The notes: generated by a model from the letters alone, not told the origin. Shown: positions 30,328 to 40,096, numbered from the stretch's first letter. The stretch: 64,000 bases of DNA from a virus (IMGVR_UViG_3300022924_000016:64001-128000); one strand, 5' to 3'. Program-made: numbers and translations.

Positions 30328-33300
30328 ATGGCTTGTGAAATAATTTATAAGAATGGTAGACAAGTTGGAGTAAACGCTCCTGATGGCAGACCTTCTTTAG
30401 TTTTCAATCAAATACTCAATATCCCACATATCCAAGACTTTCAAGAAGCTCTAAAAGGGTATACAAATCTTTTAGCGGATAATAACAATGAAGAATCTCC
30501 AATCAGCTTTCAAAACCAAGGTCAAGAATTTCAAACTTTAAAAGAGGCTCTTAAAAACAGCCAACCAAATTCTGAAATCCAAGTAGTTACAAACGGAAAG
30601 TCTTTTATGACAATTGACACTACAATAAATCCTCAGACTCGTTCAGGACTTTTAAATTCCCTAATCAAAGAAGACATTCTGACGGGAAATTCTTTTTTAG
30701 ACGTTGACGGCGCAAAAGTCTTAGAAGTAACAGGAAACAACGAACAGGAAAAAGCGGTCTACGCCGATGTAGCCAGAACAGTTTCAAAACGATATAAAGG
30801 TGCATTTTCAGCCTTAGTTGGACAGGATAATAATATTACTTTCAGAGAAAGACAGGAAGTTCCCAAATCAGAAACTTTTACCCAGCTTACTCAAAGATTT
30901 GATGAACCAACAGCAGTTTTTATCAAGACTTTAGAAGAAATAAGTTTGGAGACTAATGCAAATAATTCTGCTTTAGAAGAGATTCAAATCATTCCTGAGA
31001 ATCAGCTACAAGAAAAACTATTACAGCTACTAAACAAGTTAGGCGTAAAGACTACATCCATTGAAAAGTGGGCGGAAAAATACGCTCAAAAGAATGGTTA
31101 TGAACCATCGGCAAAAGCTCTAGCAGATTTGGCAAATAACATCGTAGCCTTTAAAGATGGTATTATCACGCAAGCAGATTTAACAGAGGAAGTGAGTCAC
31201 TTTATTATTGCAACTTTAGATGAGGAGCAGATAGCAAACCAAAAAAGAAATGTACATAGAACTAAAGAGTGGGCGGAATTTGCAGAACAATACTTCGAAA
31301 TCTACTCAGAGACTTTAGAGGGAGAAGGCTTAGAAGATGCTGTCAGAGAAGAAATTTTAGGAAAGGTTTTAGCTAATTCACTTTTAGATAATTTTGCAAG
31401 AGAAGGTGAAACTACTTTGGAAGGCGGTATTGTTGCAACTTTAAGAAACTTCTTCCAAGACTTCTTTAATAGAGTTTATGACTTCTTTCAGCCAAACTAT
31501 CAAACCCAACTAGAAACATTCACAGAACAAGTTTATAGAGACCTTATGAATGACTCCTTGGACGTAGATGTAAGAAACAAGGAGAACAAGTCTTATACGC
31601 TCTATAATTCAGCAGGACGTACAGCTTTAGCCCAAACTATTCAGAAGTCTTATGAAACACTTTTGAATCAGCAATATGCTCTAAGAAATTCTTCGGCGAA
31701 TAAAAATACCTTAAACAAATTAAAGCAGACAATTGCACTTACAGATGAAGCTTCCTTGAAAAATTCAACTCTACAATTAGTAGCAGTTGCAAATTCTCAA
31801 GCAAATTCACTTTTGAAATCTTTAGAAACCGCCGATAAAAATTCAAGACACTTCACGTCAGAAGAAAATGGAGTATTTCAATCAACAGTTTCAAGACTTG
31901 CTCCGATGCTAAGACAAATCAGAGAAAGCATAAATGACAAGGCTATTGCAAAACAGATCGATGATGTCCTGCAAAAGATTTCTACAATTGAAGGAAGAGT
32001 TCCCGCAACAAATACAAAGGCAAGAGATTTGATTGTTGAGAGAGTTATTAGAAAGAACAATATGACTCCTGAACAGGCTAATAAATACCGTGAGTATATA
32101 GACAACATTTCAAGAACAGCAGAAGCAGATACAGGCTGGTTGCATGCCCACTTGGGAGGATTAATCAATTCAAGAGACGGACTTTTAAATTTGGCGGGAG
32201 AAATTATAGAGAGAACACAATATCAAGAAAGAACAACACATCAAAACCAAACTAAGCCTTTTTTAAACCGTTTAGAAGCTTTAGGACTGACAGAAAGCCA
32301 AATTCCCACAACACTAAAAAAGCTTATCTATAATGGCGGAATAATAAACGAAACAGATCCTCAAAAAGTATTGGAAGTCGATAATACAGAAAAAGCTAGA
32401 ATTTTGTCTGTAATTTTAAGAGAGCCTCTAACAAAAGAAACAGTTCAAGAAAAGATTGATTCTATGCAAAGCGAATATGACTCCTTGCAAAGAGAACTCA
32501 CAGCAAATAAAGAATTAAGCCAAGAAGATATTGACAAGAAAACGCAAAACAGGGACGAGATATCAGGACAGCTTGCTAACTTGGAAAAAGAGTTTAGAAA
32601 GACTTTTACTCAAAGATTCGAGTCTTATTTTGATCCAAAATACTTAGAGAAACTTCAAAACTTCTCTATTGTGACAAACGGCGTAACAATTGACAGAACT
32701 TCTATTCCAGATGATGTCTTACAGTTGGATAAATTGTATCGTTCTCAAATCGGGGAAATAAAAAAACAAGGAGAACTTACTTCAAGTGAAATCGCGGAAA
32801 TAAAAAATTTAACAAAACAAAAACTCCAAGAGGCAAATCCAAGGTATTCTGATGGAAAATTGAAAAAAGGAGTTTTGGAAGTCTATGATAGAGAGTTAAA
32901 AAAGTTTACTTATTTCTTAGATGCCTCGGAAGACTTATCAGATTTAGATTTTTCAGAAGCTCAAAAAGTCGTAGGATTGCAAAACCTGATGCTTCTAAAT
33001 TCAGAATTCTATAAAGGCAATTCAAACTCACAAGGAATCACTCAGAAGTTTTTAGATGAATTAAACAGCTTGAGTACAGAGCAAGAAAAATTTGACTTCT
33101 TGAACAATAATGCAACAACAGCTTTCACTCAAGATTTCTGGGACAATTTCGATCCTAACAACTCTTTGGTGGCAAGACTTTTGGAGGTGGGTTCGCCCGA
33201 AGCTTTAGAATTCGCGCAAAACATCAGAGAACAGCAGTCAATAATCTCTACAATAATTCGCGGGAATAAAAGTATGTCAAATCCTTCGGAGGTAGACGTA

Positions 33301-35892
33301 TTTGATATGAATGACATAGAAATGTCAGCTGTCAGGGATGCCCAATCTATTTTGGAAGTTCAGACCGCCGAGGCAAGAAACATTCTAGAAGAACAAGAAA
33401 CAACAGAAATTCAATCAGTTTCAACAGTTAATGAAAGCTACAGAAAAGATTTACAATCTAATGGAATCACTTCAAACAGTCCGCAAGAAATTGATTTTAT
33501 ATTAAAACACGTAACTTCAAACGGTAGAAGCAGTATAGAATCTTTAAGAAGAAACTTGCAGAGATTGCAAAAAGGAGAGTCTGTCATTATGACTGATTTT
33601 TTAAGGAACTTAACTGATGGAAGAACAGACTATGACAATGTCTTATCAGAATTTGCGAGAAGAAAACTTTTACCATATTATAAAAGAACAGAACCGCAAG
33701 GATTTACGGAAGCCTATGAAGAACTAAAAAGAAATGTCTCTGAAAACCAATCGGGAGCAGTTTTAGATTTTATTGAAAGCGGTATAGTAGAAGTAAAACC
33801 AAGTTGGAGCTATTATGACGCAATGGCAAATGTAAACCCTAAATGGATTGAAAATCGTGACGCGCAAAGAGACCAATACACAGAAGCCTATAAAAACTCT
33901 GTAAGGAATGATGAATACTACCAAAGATATGGAATAGACGAGCAAGGAAACGCCACACAAAACATTCAAGAGTTCGAAGCCAGAAAAATACTTCTAGAAT
34001 ATAACGACCAAAGTTTGGAAAATTATGGTATCCAAGCAACACATGACAGATACCAATTACCGCAGTTTTTAAGGAGCGCGACAAGAAGATTAACAGACGG
34101 CTCAAATAAACTAAAATCCCTAAAAGAAATCGCCTCAGATATGACAGGTATCAGAGAGGATGAAGCAGATTTAGGACAGGATGTATCAGGAAATCTCGCC
34201 AAAAAAGGAGACAGCCTATTATCGGTTCCAACTTACGGGGTAAGAAAATTGAAAGACCAAACAGATGTAACAGACGAACTTTTATTGTCTTATGCAATGT
34301 TCAACCAACAGTCAGCATTATACAAAGCAAGAAGAGAAAACATCTCAGATATGCTGGTATTGGAAGATTTCATATTGTCAAAAGAAAGAGATTATCCAGG
34401 CAAAAAAGCGGAAGCAACAAACACCTATAAAATGTTCAATTCATTTCTAAAATCAAATTTCTATGGCGTAAAAGAAACATTCAGCCAAGAAGTAACAGTT
34501 TTAGGGAAAAAAGTGGATTTAGGAAAACTGGCAAGAACTTTCAACAGCTGGGTAAGATTCTCAAATTTAGCGGGTGTGACAGTACCATTGACTTCGGCTC
34601 TGCAAGGAAAAACTCAAGAATTTTTAGAGGTGGCTGTAGGTGAAGTTTTAGATAGAACGGCTTACAAGGAGGCGCAGAAAGAATTTGCAAGGAAAGGAAG
34701 TCAGCAGGCGGGAGAAATTTTAAAATATAATGGGAAAGCTGAGATTTCAGTCTATGGTGAGCGTTTTGGATTATACAATCTGACAGAAAGATTTGAAAAC
34801 TCTTACATTGGAAGAGCGGGGAGAGGTATTTTGAAATCATCGTCACTTTTGCATAGTTTGGGCAACTTTCCTGTAACAACGACCGTGATGCTTTCTGTAA
34901 TTTACGACTATAGAGTTTATGGAAACGAAGTTATTACATATAGACAGTTTAAGGAGATTAATAATGGAAAAGACGACAGATTACTTTGGGAAAAACAACC
35001 TCTATTCAAAGATTTAATCCCTGTAAAAGATGGTGTTATTGCGCCTAATTACAAAGGTATCTCTGAACAGTTAAACATAAGTGAAGAGGAAGCTGTTGAA
35101 AAAACAGACTTGATTTTAGAAGCAATTAATGCTAGAACGGCTTCGGCGGTTCAGAGAGTCGATTCTCAGATAAAAGAAAGTGACAAGTCAATTGCGGCTA
35201 GGGACAGTCGATCTAACTTTTTCTTACTTCATCAAGGATGGTTTTTGGTTGCGCTACAAAATAAGACAAAAAACTATCACTATAACATTTCGGAGGGGAC
35301 ATATCAGGAAGGGAACCTAAGAACTACCTTAAATTTAATAAACAATCTTGCCCAAAATGTTTTAAAACCAAAAGAATTAAAAAGAATTTGGCAAGAAAAT
35401 ATGGCAGATGAGTTATCAAGAAGAAATCTTAGACGTACGGCATATGAGATAGCTTTAGCCAATATATTAGCAATTGCGGCAATACTTTTAGCCAACATGG
35501 CAGATGAACCCGACGATCCAGCATACCTACTGACAATGAGTGATTACTTTCTTACAAGAGTAGCGGTTGAGCAGATTTCAGGAACAGTTGCTCTACCATT
35601 AAATGTTGACCAAATGCTTTCAGACCCTTTGATTATTAAAACTAAATTTGAAGACTTGATGAAAATAGATGAACTATTTAGTTCTGACTTGGTATCAACA
35701 GGAAGTTTCGCAAATGAGACAAAAAGATACCGTTGGCTATCTAAAAACTTACCTTTTGTTAAAGACTATCACAGGTTTTCTGACCTATCCAAAGCCCGTG
35801 ATACCTATGCGTACTTTTCAGTGGAAAAACCAAATTTGTTTAGGAATTGGGCTTGGTTATCAAATTTAGCAGAAAACGAATCAGAAGAATAA
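30328..35892 (+). CDS. large internal virion/ejection protein with degenerate zincin-like domain
   Basis: 1854 aa; EEVSH plus downstream EE; C-terminal hydrophobic helix IALANILAIAAILLA; single Cys at residue 3. Confidence 0.65.
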   Translation: MACEIIYKNGRQVGVNAPDGRPSLVFNQILNIPHIQDFQEALKGYTNLLADNNNEESPISFQNQGQEFQTLKEALKNSQPNSEIQVVTNGKSFMTIDTTINPQTRSGLLNSLIKEDILTGNSFLDVDGAKVLEVTGNNEQEKAVYADVARTVSKRYKGAFSALVGQDNNITFRERQEVPKSETFTQLTQRFDEPTAVFIKTLEEISLETNANNSALEEIQIIPENQLQEKLLQLLNKLGVKTTSIEKWAEKYAQKNGYEPSAKALADLANNIVAFKDGIITQADLTEEVSHFIIATLDEEQIANQKRNVHRTKEWAEFAEQYFEIYSETLEGEGLEDAVREEILGKVLANSLLDNFAREGETTLEGGIVATLRNFFQDFFNRVYDFFQPNYQTQLETFTEQVYRDLMNDSLDVDVRNKENKSYTLYNSAGRTALAQTIQKSYETLLNQQYALRNSSANKNTLNKLKQTIALTDEASLKNSTLQLVAVANSQANSLLKSLETADKNSRHFTSEENGVFQSTVSRLAPMLRQIRESINDKAIAKQIDDVLQKISTIEGRVPATNTKARDLIVERVIRKNNMTPEQANKYREYIDNISRTAEADTGWLHAHLGGLINSRDGLLNLAGEIIERTQYQERTTHQNQTKPFLNRLEALGLTESQIPTTLKKLIYNGGIINETDPQKVLEVDNTEKARILSVILREPLTKETVQEKIDSMQSEYDSLQRELTANKELSQEDIDKKTQNRDEISGQLANLEKEFRKTFTQRFESYFDPKYLEKLQNFSIVTNGVTIDRTSIPDDVLQLDKLYRSQIGEIKKQGELTSSEIAEIKNLTKQKLQEANPRYSDGKLKKGVLEVYDRELKKFTYFLDASEDLSDLDFSEAQKVVGLQNLMLLNSEFYKGNSNSQGITQKFLDELNSLSTEQEKFDFLNNNATTAFTQDFWDNFDPNNSLVARLLEVGSPEALEFAQNIREQQSIISTIIRGNKSMSNPSEVDVFDMNDIEMSAVRDAQSILEVQTAEARNILEEQETTEIQSVSTVNESYRKDLQSNGITSNSPQEIDFILKHVTSNGRSSIESLRRNLQRLQKGESVIMTDFLRNLTDGRTDYDNVLSEFARRKLLPYYKRTEPQGFTEAYEELKRNVSENQSGAVLDFIESGIVEVKPSWSYYDAMANVNPKWIENRDAQRDQYTEAYKNSVRNDEYYQRYGIDEQGNATQNIQEFEARKILLEYNDQSLENYGIQATHDRYQLPQFLRSATRRLTDGSNKLKSLKEIASDMTGIREDEADLGQDVSGNLAKKGDSLLSVPTYGVRKLKDQTDVTDELLLSYAMFNQQSALYKARRENISDMLVLEDFILSKERDYPGKKAEATNTYKMFNSFLKSNFYGVKETFSQEVTVLGKKVDLGKLARTFNSWVRFSNLAGVTVPLTSALQGKTQEFLEVAVGEVLDRTAYKEAQKEFARKGSQQAGEILKYNGKAEISVYGERFGLYNLTERFENSYIGRAGRGILKSSSLLHSLGNFPVTTTVMLSVIYDYRVYGNEVITYRQFKEINNGKDDRLLWEKQPLFKDLIPVKDGVIAPNYKGISEQLNISEEEAVEKTDLILEAINARTASAVQRVDSQIKESDKSIAARDSRSNFFLLHQGWFLVALQNKTKNYHYNISEGTYQEGNLRTTLNLINNLAQNVLKPKELKRIWQENMADELSRRNLRRTAYEIALANILAIAAILLANMADEPDDPAYLLTMSDYFLTRVAVEQISGTVALPLNVDQMLSDPLIIKTKFEDLMKIDELFSSDLVSTGSFANETKRYRWLSKNLPFVKDYHRFSDLSKARDTYAYFSVEKPNLFRNWAWLSNLAENESEE

Positions 35893-36650
35893 TGGCAATA
35901 AAAAGATCAGATAGAGTAGGAGAAAAATTCATAACTAGGCAGGGATACTCAGGCGAAATAGTAAGTTATACAAATTCTTATGTTTCAACAGTTAAGTTAT
36001 CAGATGGCACTTTTATTGATAATGTAGCCTATGAGAGAATAAGTGACGGATGTCTTAAAAACCCTAATCATAGAAATGCTTTAGGTATTGGGTTCCAAGG
36101 ACAGGGTAAATATACTTTTACACAATATCCTGAAATAGAACAAAAATGGAGATCAATGATATCTAGATGTTATTCAGAAGCAGTTCATAAAAGACAACCT
36201 GCTTATATTGGGTGTTCTGTCTCAGAAGAATGGCATAATTTCCAAGTTTTTGCCGAATGGTATGAAAATAACTATAATCCTGAGTATATGAATTCAAGTT
36301 GGCATTTAGATAAGGATATTATTTGCAAAGATTGTAAAACTTACTCATCAGAAAATTGTGCTTTCATACCTCGTGAAATCAACAACTTATTTTTAAAATC
36401 TGCCAAAGTAGATAATAATTGCCCAAGAGGAGTGTCTAAGAAAAAACAAGGAGGGAAGTATCACATTAATTTATCTCTAAAGGTAACTAAAGGTTTCAAA
36501 GGATATTTCATTACACCCGAAGAAGCTTTTAAAGTATTCAAAGACATGAAAGAGCAACATATAAAAGAAGTCGCCGACAAATGGAAAGACCTAATCGATC
36601 CAAGAGTTTACGAAGCACTCTATAATTATAGAGTAGAAATAACAGATTAA
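35892..36650 (+). CDS. HNH-type homing endonuclease
   Basis: WRSMISRCY, WHNFQVFAEW, WHLDKD, YSSENC, AP2-like C-terminus; ATG in TAATG overlap preferred to 35847. Confidence 0.8.
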   Translation: MAIKRSDRVGEKFITRQGYSGEIVSYTNSYVSTVKLSDGTFIDNVAYERISDGCLKNPNHRNALGIGFQGQGKYTFTQYPEIEQKWRSMISRCYSEAVHKRQPAYIGCSVSEEWHNFQVFAEWYENNYNPEYMNSSWHLDKDIICKDCKTYSSENCAFIPREINNLFLKSAKVDNNCPRGVSKKKQGGKYHINLSLKVTKGFKGYFITPEEAFKVFKDMKEQHIKEVADKWKDLIDPRVYEALYNYRVEITD

Positions 36651-36674
36651 AAATTAACCCAAACACAAATAAAA

Positions 36675-36830
36675 ATGAACAGATTCAGATTAAGCTGGTT
36701 TAACCTTTTCACAACCCTTAACGCATTAATCCTGCCAAAAGATGTAGTAGTTGAAAAAGTAGAAGATGGGGATGACATCCTCACAGCAATAGCAAAATTA
36801 CAAGCCCAAATTGATGAATTAAACGCCTAA
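36675..36830 (+). CDS. 51-aa small protein, probably structural (missing from ORF track)
   Basis: MNRFRLSWFNLF...DGDDILTAIAKLQAQIDELNA; AAATAAAA upstream; ends at terminator. Confidence 0.55.
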   Translation: MNRFRLSWFNLFTTLNALILPKDVVVEKVEDGDDILTAIAKLQAQIDELNA

Positions 36831-36834
36831 AACG

Positions 36835-36870
36835 AAAATCCCTGAGACTAAATATCAAAGGGATTTTTTA
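36835..36870 (+). terminator. rho-independent terminator ending the structural operon
   Basis: AAAATCCCT...AGGGATTTTTT. Confidence 0.75.
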
Positions 36871-36910
36871 ATTTAACAAACCTTTGGCTTTTATTTTGAA
36901 TTAAACTTCC

Positions 36911-36918
36911 TATATTTG
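36911..36918 (+). promoter_or_regulatory. Bacteroidota -7 element starting the small-gene region
   Basis: TATATTTG followed by CAGAAGAAA, like promoters at 49242 and 61259. Confidence 0.7.
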
Positions 36919-36939
36919 CAGAAGAAAAATAAATAAAAT

Positions 36940-37167
36940 ATGGAAGATTTTAAATGGAAAACTTACGCACCTCATTCAAATAACAATGAAACTATGGATG
37001 ATTTCTTGACCAATTACCTCGATAACCATTGCGGGATAGACTTCACCATTGTTTATGAAGATGGATCGTATGCTGAGATAATTAATTCAGAAAAAGAGCA
37101 TTATGCAATCCATGCCTCGGGAGATGGGGATTTCTTTAACCATAAAATTAGATTTGAAAAACTATGA
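36940..37167 (+). CDS. hypothetical phage protein
   Basis: ORF after promoter, ATGA-coupled to next gene. Confidence 0.6.
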   Translation: MEDFKWKTYAPHSNNNETMDDFLTNYLDNHCGIDFTIVYEDGSYAEIINSEKEHYAIHASGDGDFFNHKIRFEKL

Positions 37168-37376
37168 AAACAGCAATGCAAGATATGATACAGTTTTTAG
37201 AAGAAAACTGCATGGATGGAGCAACAGAACCAAAAGAAATTCTTTTTAAAGCTTTTGAACTCCAAGACAAAGAAAAAAAGCAAATTTCTGATGCTTGGGA
37301 ATTTGGAAAGTCGGCTGGGTACGCTAATGCCGATTATACAGTAGGAGATTATTTTAACGAAATATTTAATTCATAG
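37164..37376 (+). CDS. hypothetical protein, paralog of 41397-41606
   Basis: Shared EENCxDGxTEPKEILFKAxEL. Confidence 0.65.
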   Translation: MKTAMQDMIQFLEENCMDGATEPKEILFKAFELQDKEKKQISDAWEFGKSAGYANADYTVGDYFNEIFNS

Positions 37377-37379
37377 CTT

Positions 37380-37784
37380 ATGAAAACACAAGAAAACAAA
37401 CAAAAAGCTATTGAGTTGGCTTATGGGGATTATTATTTAGAAGGTAGTTCAATTGATGAAAACGGATGGACTGATTCTATTAGTTCTGAAATGTTAAATA
37501 CAATACCTTGTGATTATAAATCATTAGAAATAGAATATAAAAGAACTAGTCATTTTTATAGACCAAAATCACTTTCAGCAATCGAACACAACAACAATTG
37601 GATTTCCATACGTTCAAAAGAAGATTTGCCAAATAATAATGGTCATTATTTAGTATTTAATAAACACAACAATACCATTGATATTGATTATATACATTCT
37701 GACTATGATTCTCATTCAGAAAGATGGATGGAATTTAATTCACATTACCAACCTATCGAAAAACCATCAAAACCACTGTACTAA
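37380..37784 (+). CDS. hypothetical protein with DUF551-like C-terminus
   Basis: WISI..KEDLP...YLV...SHYQP pattern. Confidence 0.6.
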   Translation: MKTQENKQKAIELAYGDYYLEGSSIDENGWTDSISSEMLNTIPCDYKSLEIEYKRTSHFYRPKSLSAIEHNNNWISIRSKEDLPNNNGHYLVFNKHNNTIDIDYIHSDYDSHSERWMEFNSHYQPIEKPSKPLY

Positions 37785-38016
37785 TGAACACAAAAATTAA
37801 AATTTTTAGAAATGGAAATAGTGATAGTTTACTAGAATCACAAGTTAACCAATTTTTAAACAAGTGCAAAAGCATTCTATCAGTAACGGCTTTAAGCACT
37901 TCAAAAGTAGGGGATATCGCAATAGTTGTGGTATTTATCGATAATTTATAAAAAGCAATATACTATAAAACAGCAAAAGGAATTTAAAATATAAATTCAA
38001 CCACTAAATAAAATAA

Positions 38017-40068
38017 ATGAAAACATTATTAACAGCATTACTTATTACAACATTATCTTTCGGGCAATTTAATCCCCAAACACAGCAAAACACTGTAAAC
38101 CAACCAACAACAGCTTCAAACACTTACTCACACCCTAGTGAGCTTAAATTAGACAACACACTAACCTTAGTAGAAGGAGCAAACCTTACAATAAACGGCA
38201 ATTTGTCTAGGCTAGGTAATAATGGTAGAATCATTATGATGGGTAATAACAAGCTCATAGTAAATGGAAACATAAACAGTAACATTAAGTTTGAAATGAA
38301 TGGAAATTGCTGTATCTATTCTTCTTCCAATATCAATATCCAATCAGGCGATGTTACTTCAAATAACTCTGGAAACTATATCAGCAGTGGGGGAAATATT
38401 AACGGGCTAAGCAACATCCCACAATCAATTTGTGCCAACCAGCAAATCTCTAATCCTTGCGCCAATCCTAATACGATTAACTGCGGAAACCAATGTTCAA
38501 CCGATCCGAATAACACCGCCACTTGGAAGACAGTGAATGGAGTTTTAGGCTGGTATAACGGACAGAACCCTACTACACCGGCAGACAAGACAGCTATCAT
38601 AGCGGAGGACTTTTCAGGTTTTGGATTCAGATGTTGCTCTCTTACAATCAATACAGGAAAATCATTAACCGTTAATACAGGCATTACAGTTTCAGTTACA
38701 AACTCTGTTAAAAACTACGGCAACCTAACAGTCAATAACGGAGGAAATCTTATTCAAGTGAACGACTATTCCATTAATTTAGGCAACGCCATAGTAAAAA
38801 GAACAGCAAAACCTATGACAAGATATGACTACACTTATTGGTCTTCTCCTGTTGCAAATCAGACTCTTTTTAATCTATCACCTCTAACTCTATCAGATAA
38901 GTATTTTAAATGGAACTCAACCAATCAAAGCTGGCAGGTAATTCCATCAGGGAATGAAGTGATGCAGAAAGCCTTGGGGTATATTGTTAGAGCACCTCAG
39001 ACATTTACAATCTCAGGAACGCCTGAAGTATTTTCAGCCACTTTCTCAGGAGTCTTAAATAACGGCTTAGCAAAAGTAACAACATCTACAGGCTTGGCAC
39101 TTTTAGGAAATCTTTATCCGAGTTCTCTAGACGCTAGAAAATTTATCTTGCAAAATTCTGTAGGAACACTATATTTTTGGACGCACAACACAAAGGTAAG
39201 CAGTATTCCTAATTCAGAGGGTCATTACAGCTACAATAGTGCAGACTACGCATGTTTTAATCTAACAGGCGGAACAGCCACAGGAGTAGGAGAAACGCCT
39301 AATGGATATATTGGTTCGGGACAGGGATTCTTTGTGGAGACTTCTACAAGCTCAGAGATAGTTTTTAATAATTCAATGAGAACTTTAGGCAGTACCAATA
39401 CGCAGTTTTTTAGGAATGGTCAAGAAGGCAGATTATGGCTAAATCTTGTAAATTCTGAAAATACTAGATTCTCTCAAATTCTTTTGGGGTATTTAGCAGA
39501 AGCAAATGATGGGTTTGATAACTTATATGACGGAAAAACAAAAAGTTCAGGAAGTTATTTATATTCTATTTTAGATGATAAAGAATTGGCAATCCAAGGA
39601 AAGGCTGTTTTTCAAGATACAGACGAAGTTAAATTAGGATATTCGGCGACAACACAGGGAAGCTTTAATATTTCTTTGGATAGCTTTGAAGGAGTTTTTG
39701 ATAATCAAGATATTTACTTAGAGGACAAGCTTTTAAACTTAGTTCATAACTTAAAAAACTCTGCTTATTCTTTCAGTACTTCGGCGGGAAACTTTAAAGA
39801 GAGATTTGTTTTAAAATATAGACAGGCGAATTTAGGGGTAAAAGAAAGTAAACTAGAATGTAATATCTATGCTTCAAATAACATAATTAGAGTAAATAGC
39901 AAAGAAACAGTAAAATCAATAGAAGTTTATGATTTATCAGGGAAATTACTATATAAACAAACGGTTAACAACACTAATTTCAAAACAGAAAGAATTGAAG
40001 CTGATTGTGTAATAGTGAAATTGAATATTGAAGTAAAGACATTTTCAAAAAAGATTCTGCTAAAGTAA
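38017..40068 (+). CDS. T9SS type A sorting-domain-containing secreted protein (host-like)
   Basis: Sec signal MKTLLTALLITTLSFG|Q; YTYWSSPV, GNLYPS, GQGFFV, IYLED..HNL, RFVLKY; C-terminal IEVYDLSGKLLY...KKILLK. Confidence 0.85.
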   Translation: MKTLLTALLITTLSFGQFNPQTQQNTVNQPTTASNTYSHPSELKLDNTLTLVEGANLTINGNLSRLGNNGRIIMMGNNKLIVNGNINSNIKFEMNGNCCIYSSSNINIQSGDVTSNNSGNYISSGGNINGLSNIPQSICANQQISNPCANPNTINCGNQCSTDPNNTATWKTVNGVLGWYNGQNPTTPADKTAIIAEDFSGFGFRCCSLTINTGKSLTVNTGITVSVTNSVKNYGNLTVNNGGNLIQVNDYSINLGNAIVKRTAKPMTRYDYTYWSSPVANQTLFNLSPLTLSDKYFKWNSTNQSWQVIPSGNEVMQKALGYIVRAPQTFTISGTPEVFSATFSGVLNNGLAKVTTSTGLALLGNLYPSSLDARKFILQNSVGTLYFWTHNTKVSSIPNSEGHYSYNSADYACFNLTGGTATGVGETPNGYIGSGQGFFVETSTSSEIVFNNSMRTLGSTNTQFFRNGQEGRLWLNLVNSENTRFSQILLGYLAEANDGFDNLYDGKTKSSGSYLYSILDDKELAIQGKAVFQDTDEVKLGYSATTQGSFNISLDSFEGVFDNQDIYLEDKLLNLVHNLKNSAYSFSTSAGNFKERFVLKYRQANLGVKESKLECNIYASNNIIRVNSKETVKSIEVYDLSGKLLYKQTVNNTNFKTERIEADCVIVKLNIEVKTFSKKILLK

Positions 40069-40096
40069 AGTTAAAAAATAATTGGAAAATATTGCG

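Noticed and set aside
27064-30336. Split-intein explanation for the terminal cysteines
   Set aside because: No Hint-domain motifs or C-terminal His-Asn; the Cys is at residue 3 and at the extreme C-terminus, which does not fit intein chemistry.
35847-35891. Extended N-terminus or structured leader for the HNH gene
   Set aside because: ATG 35892 overlaps the upstream stop (TAATG); there is no room for a two-hairpin leader.
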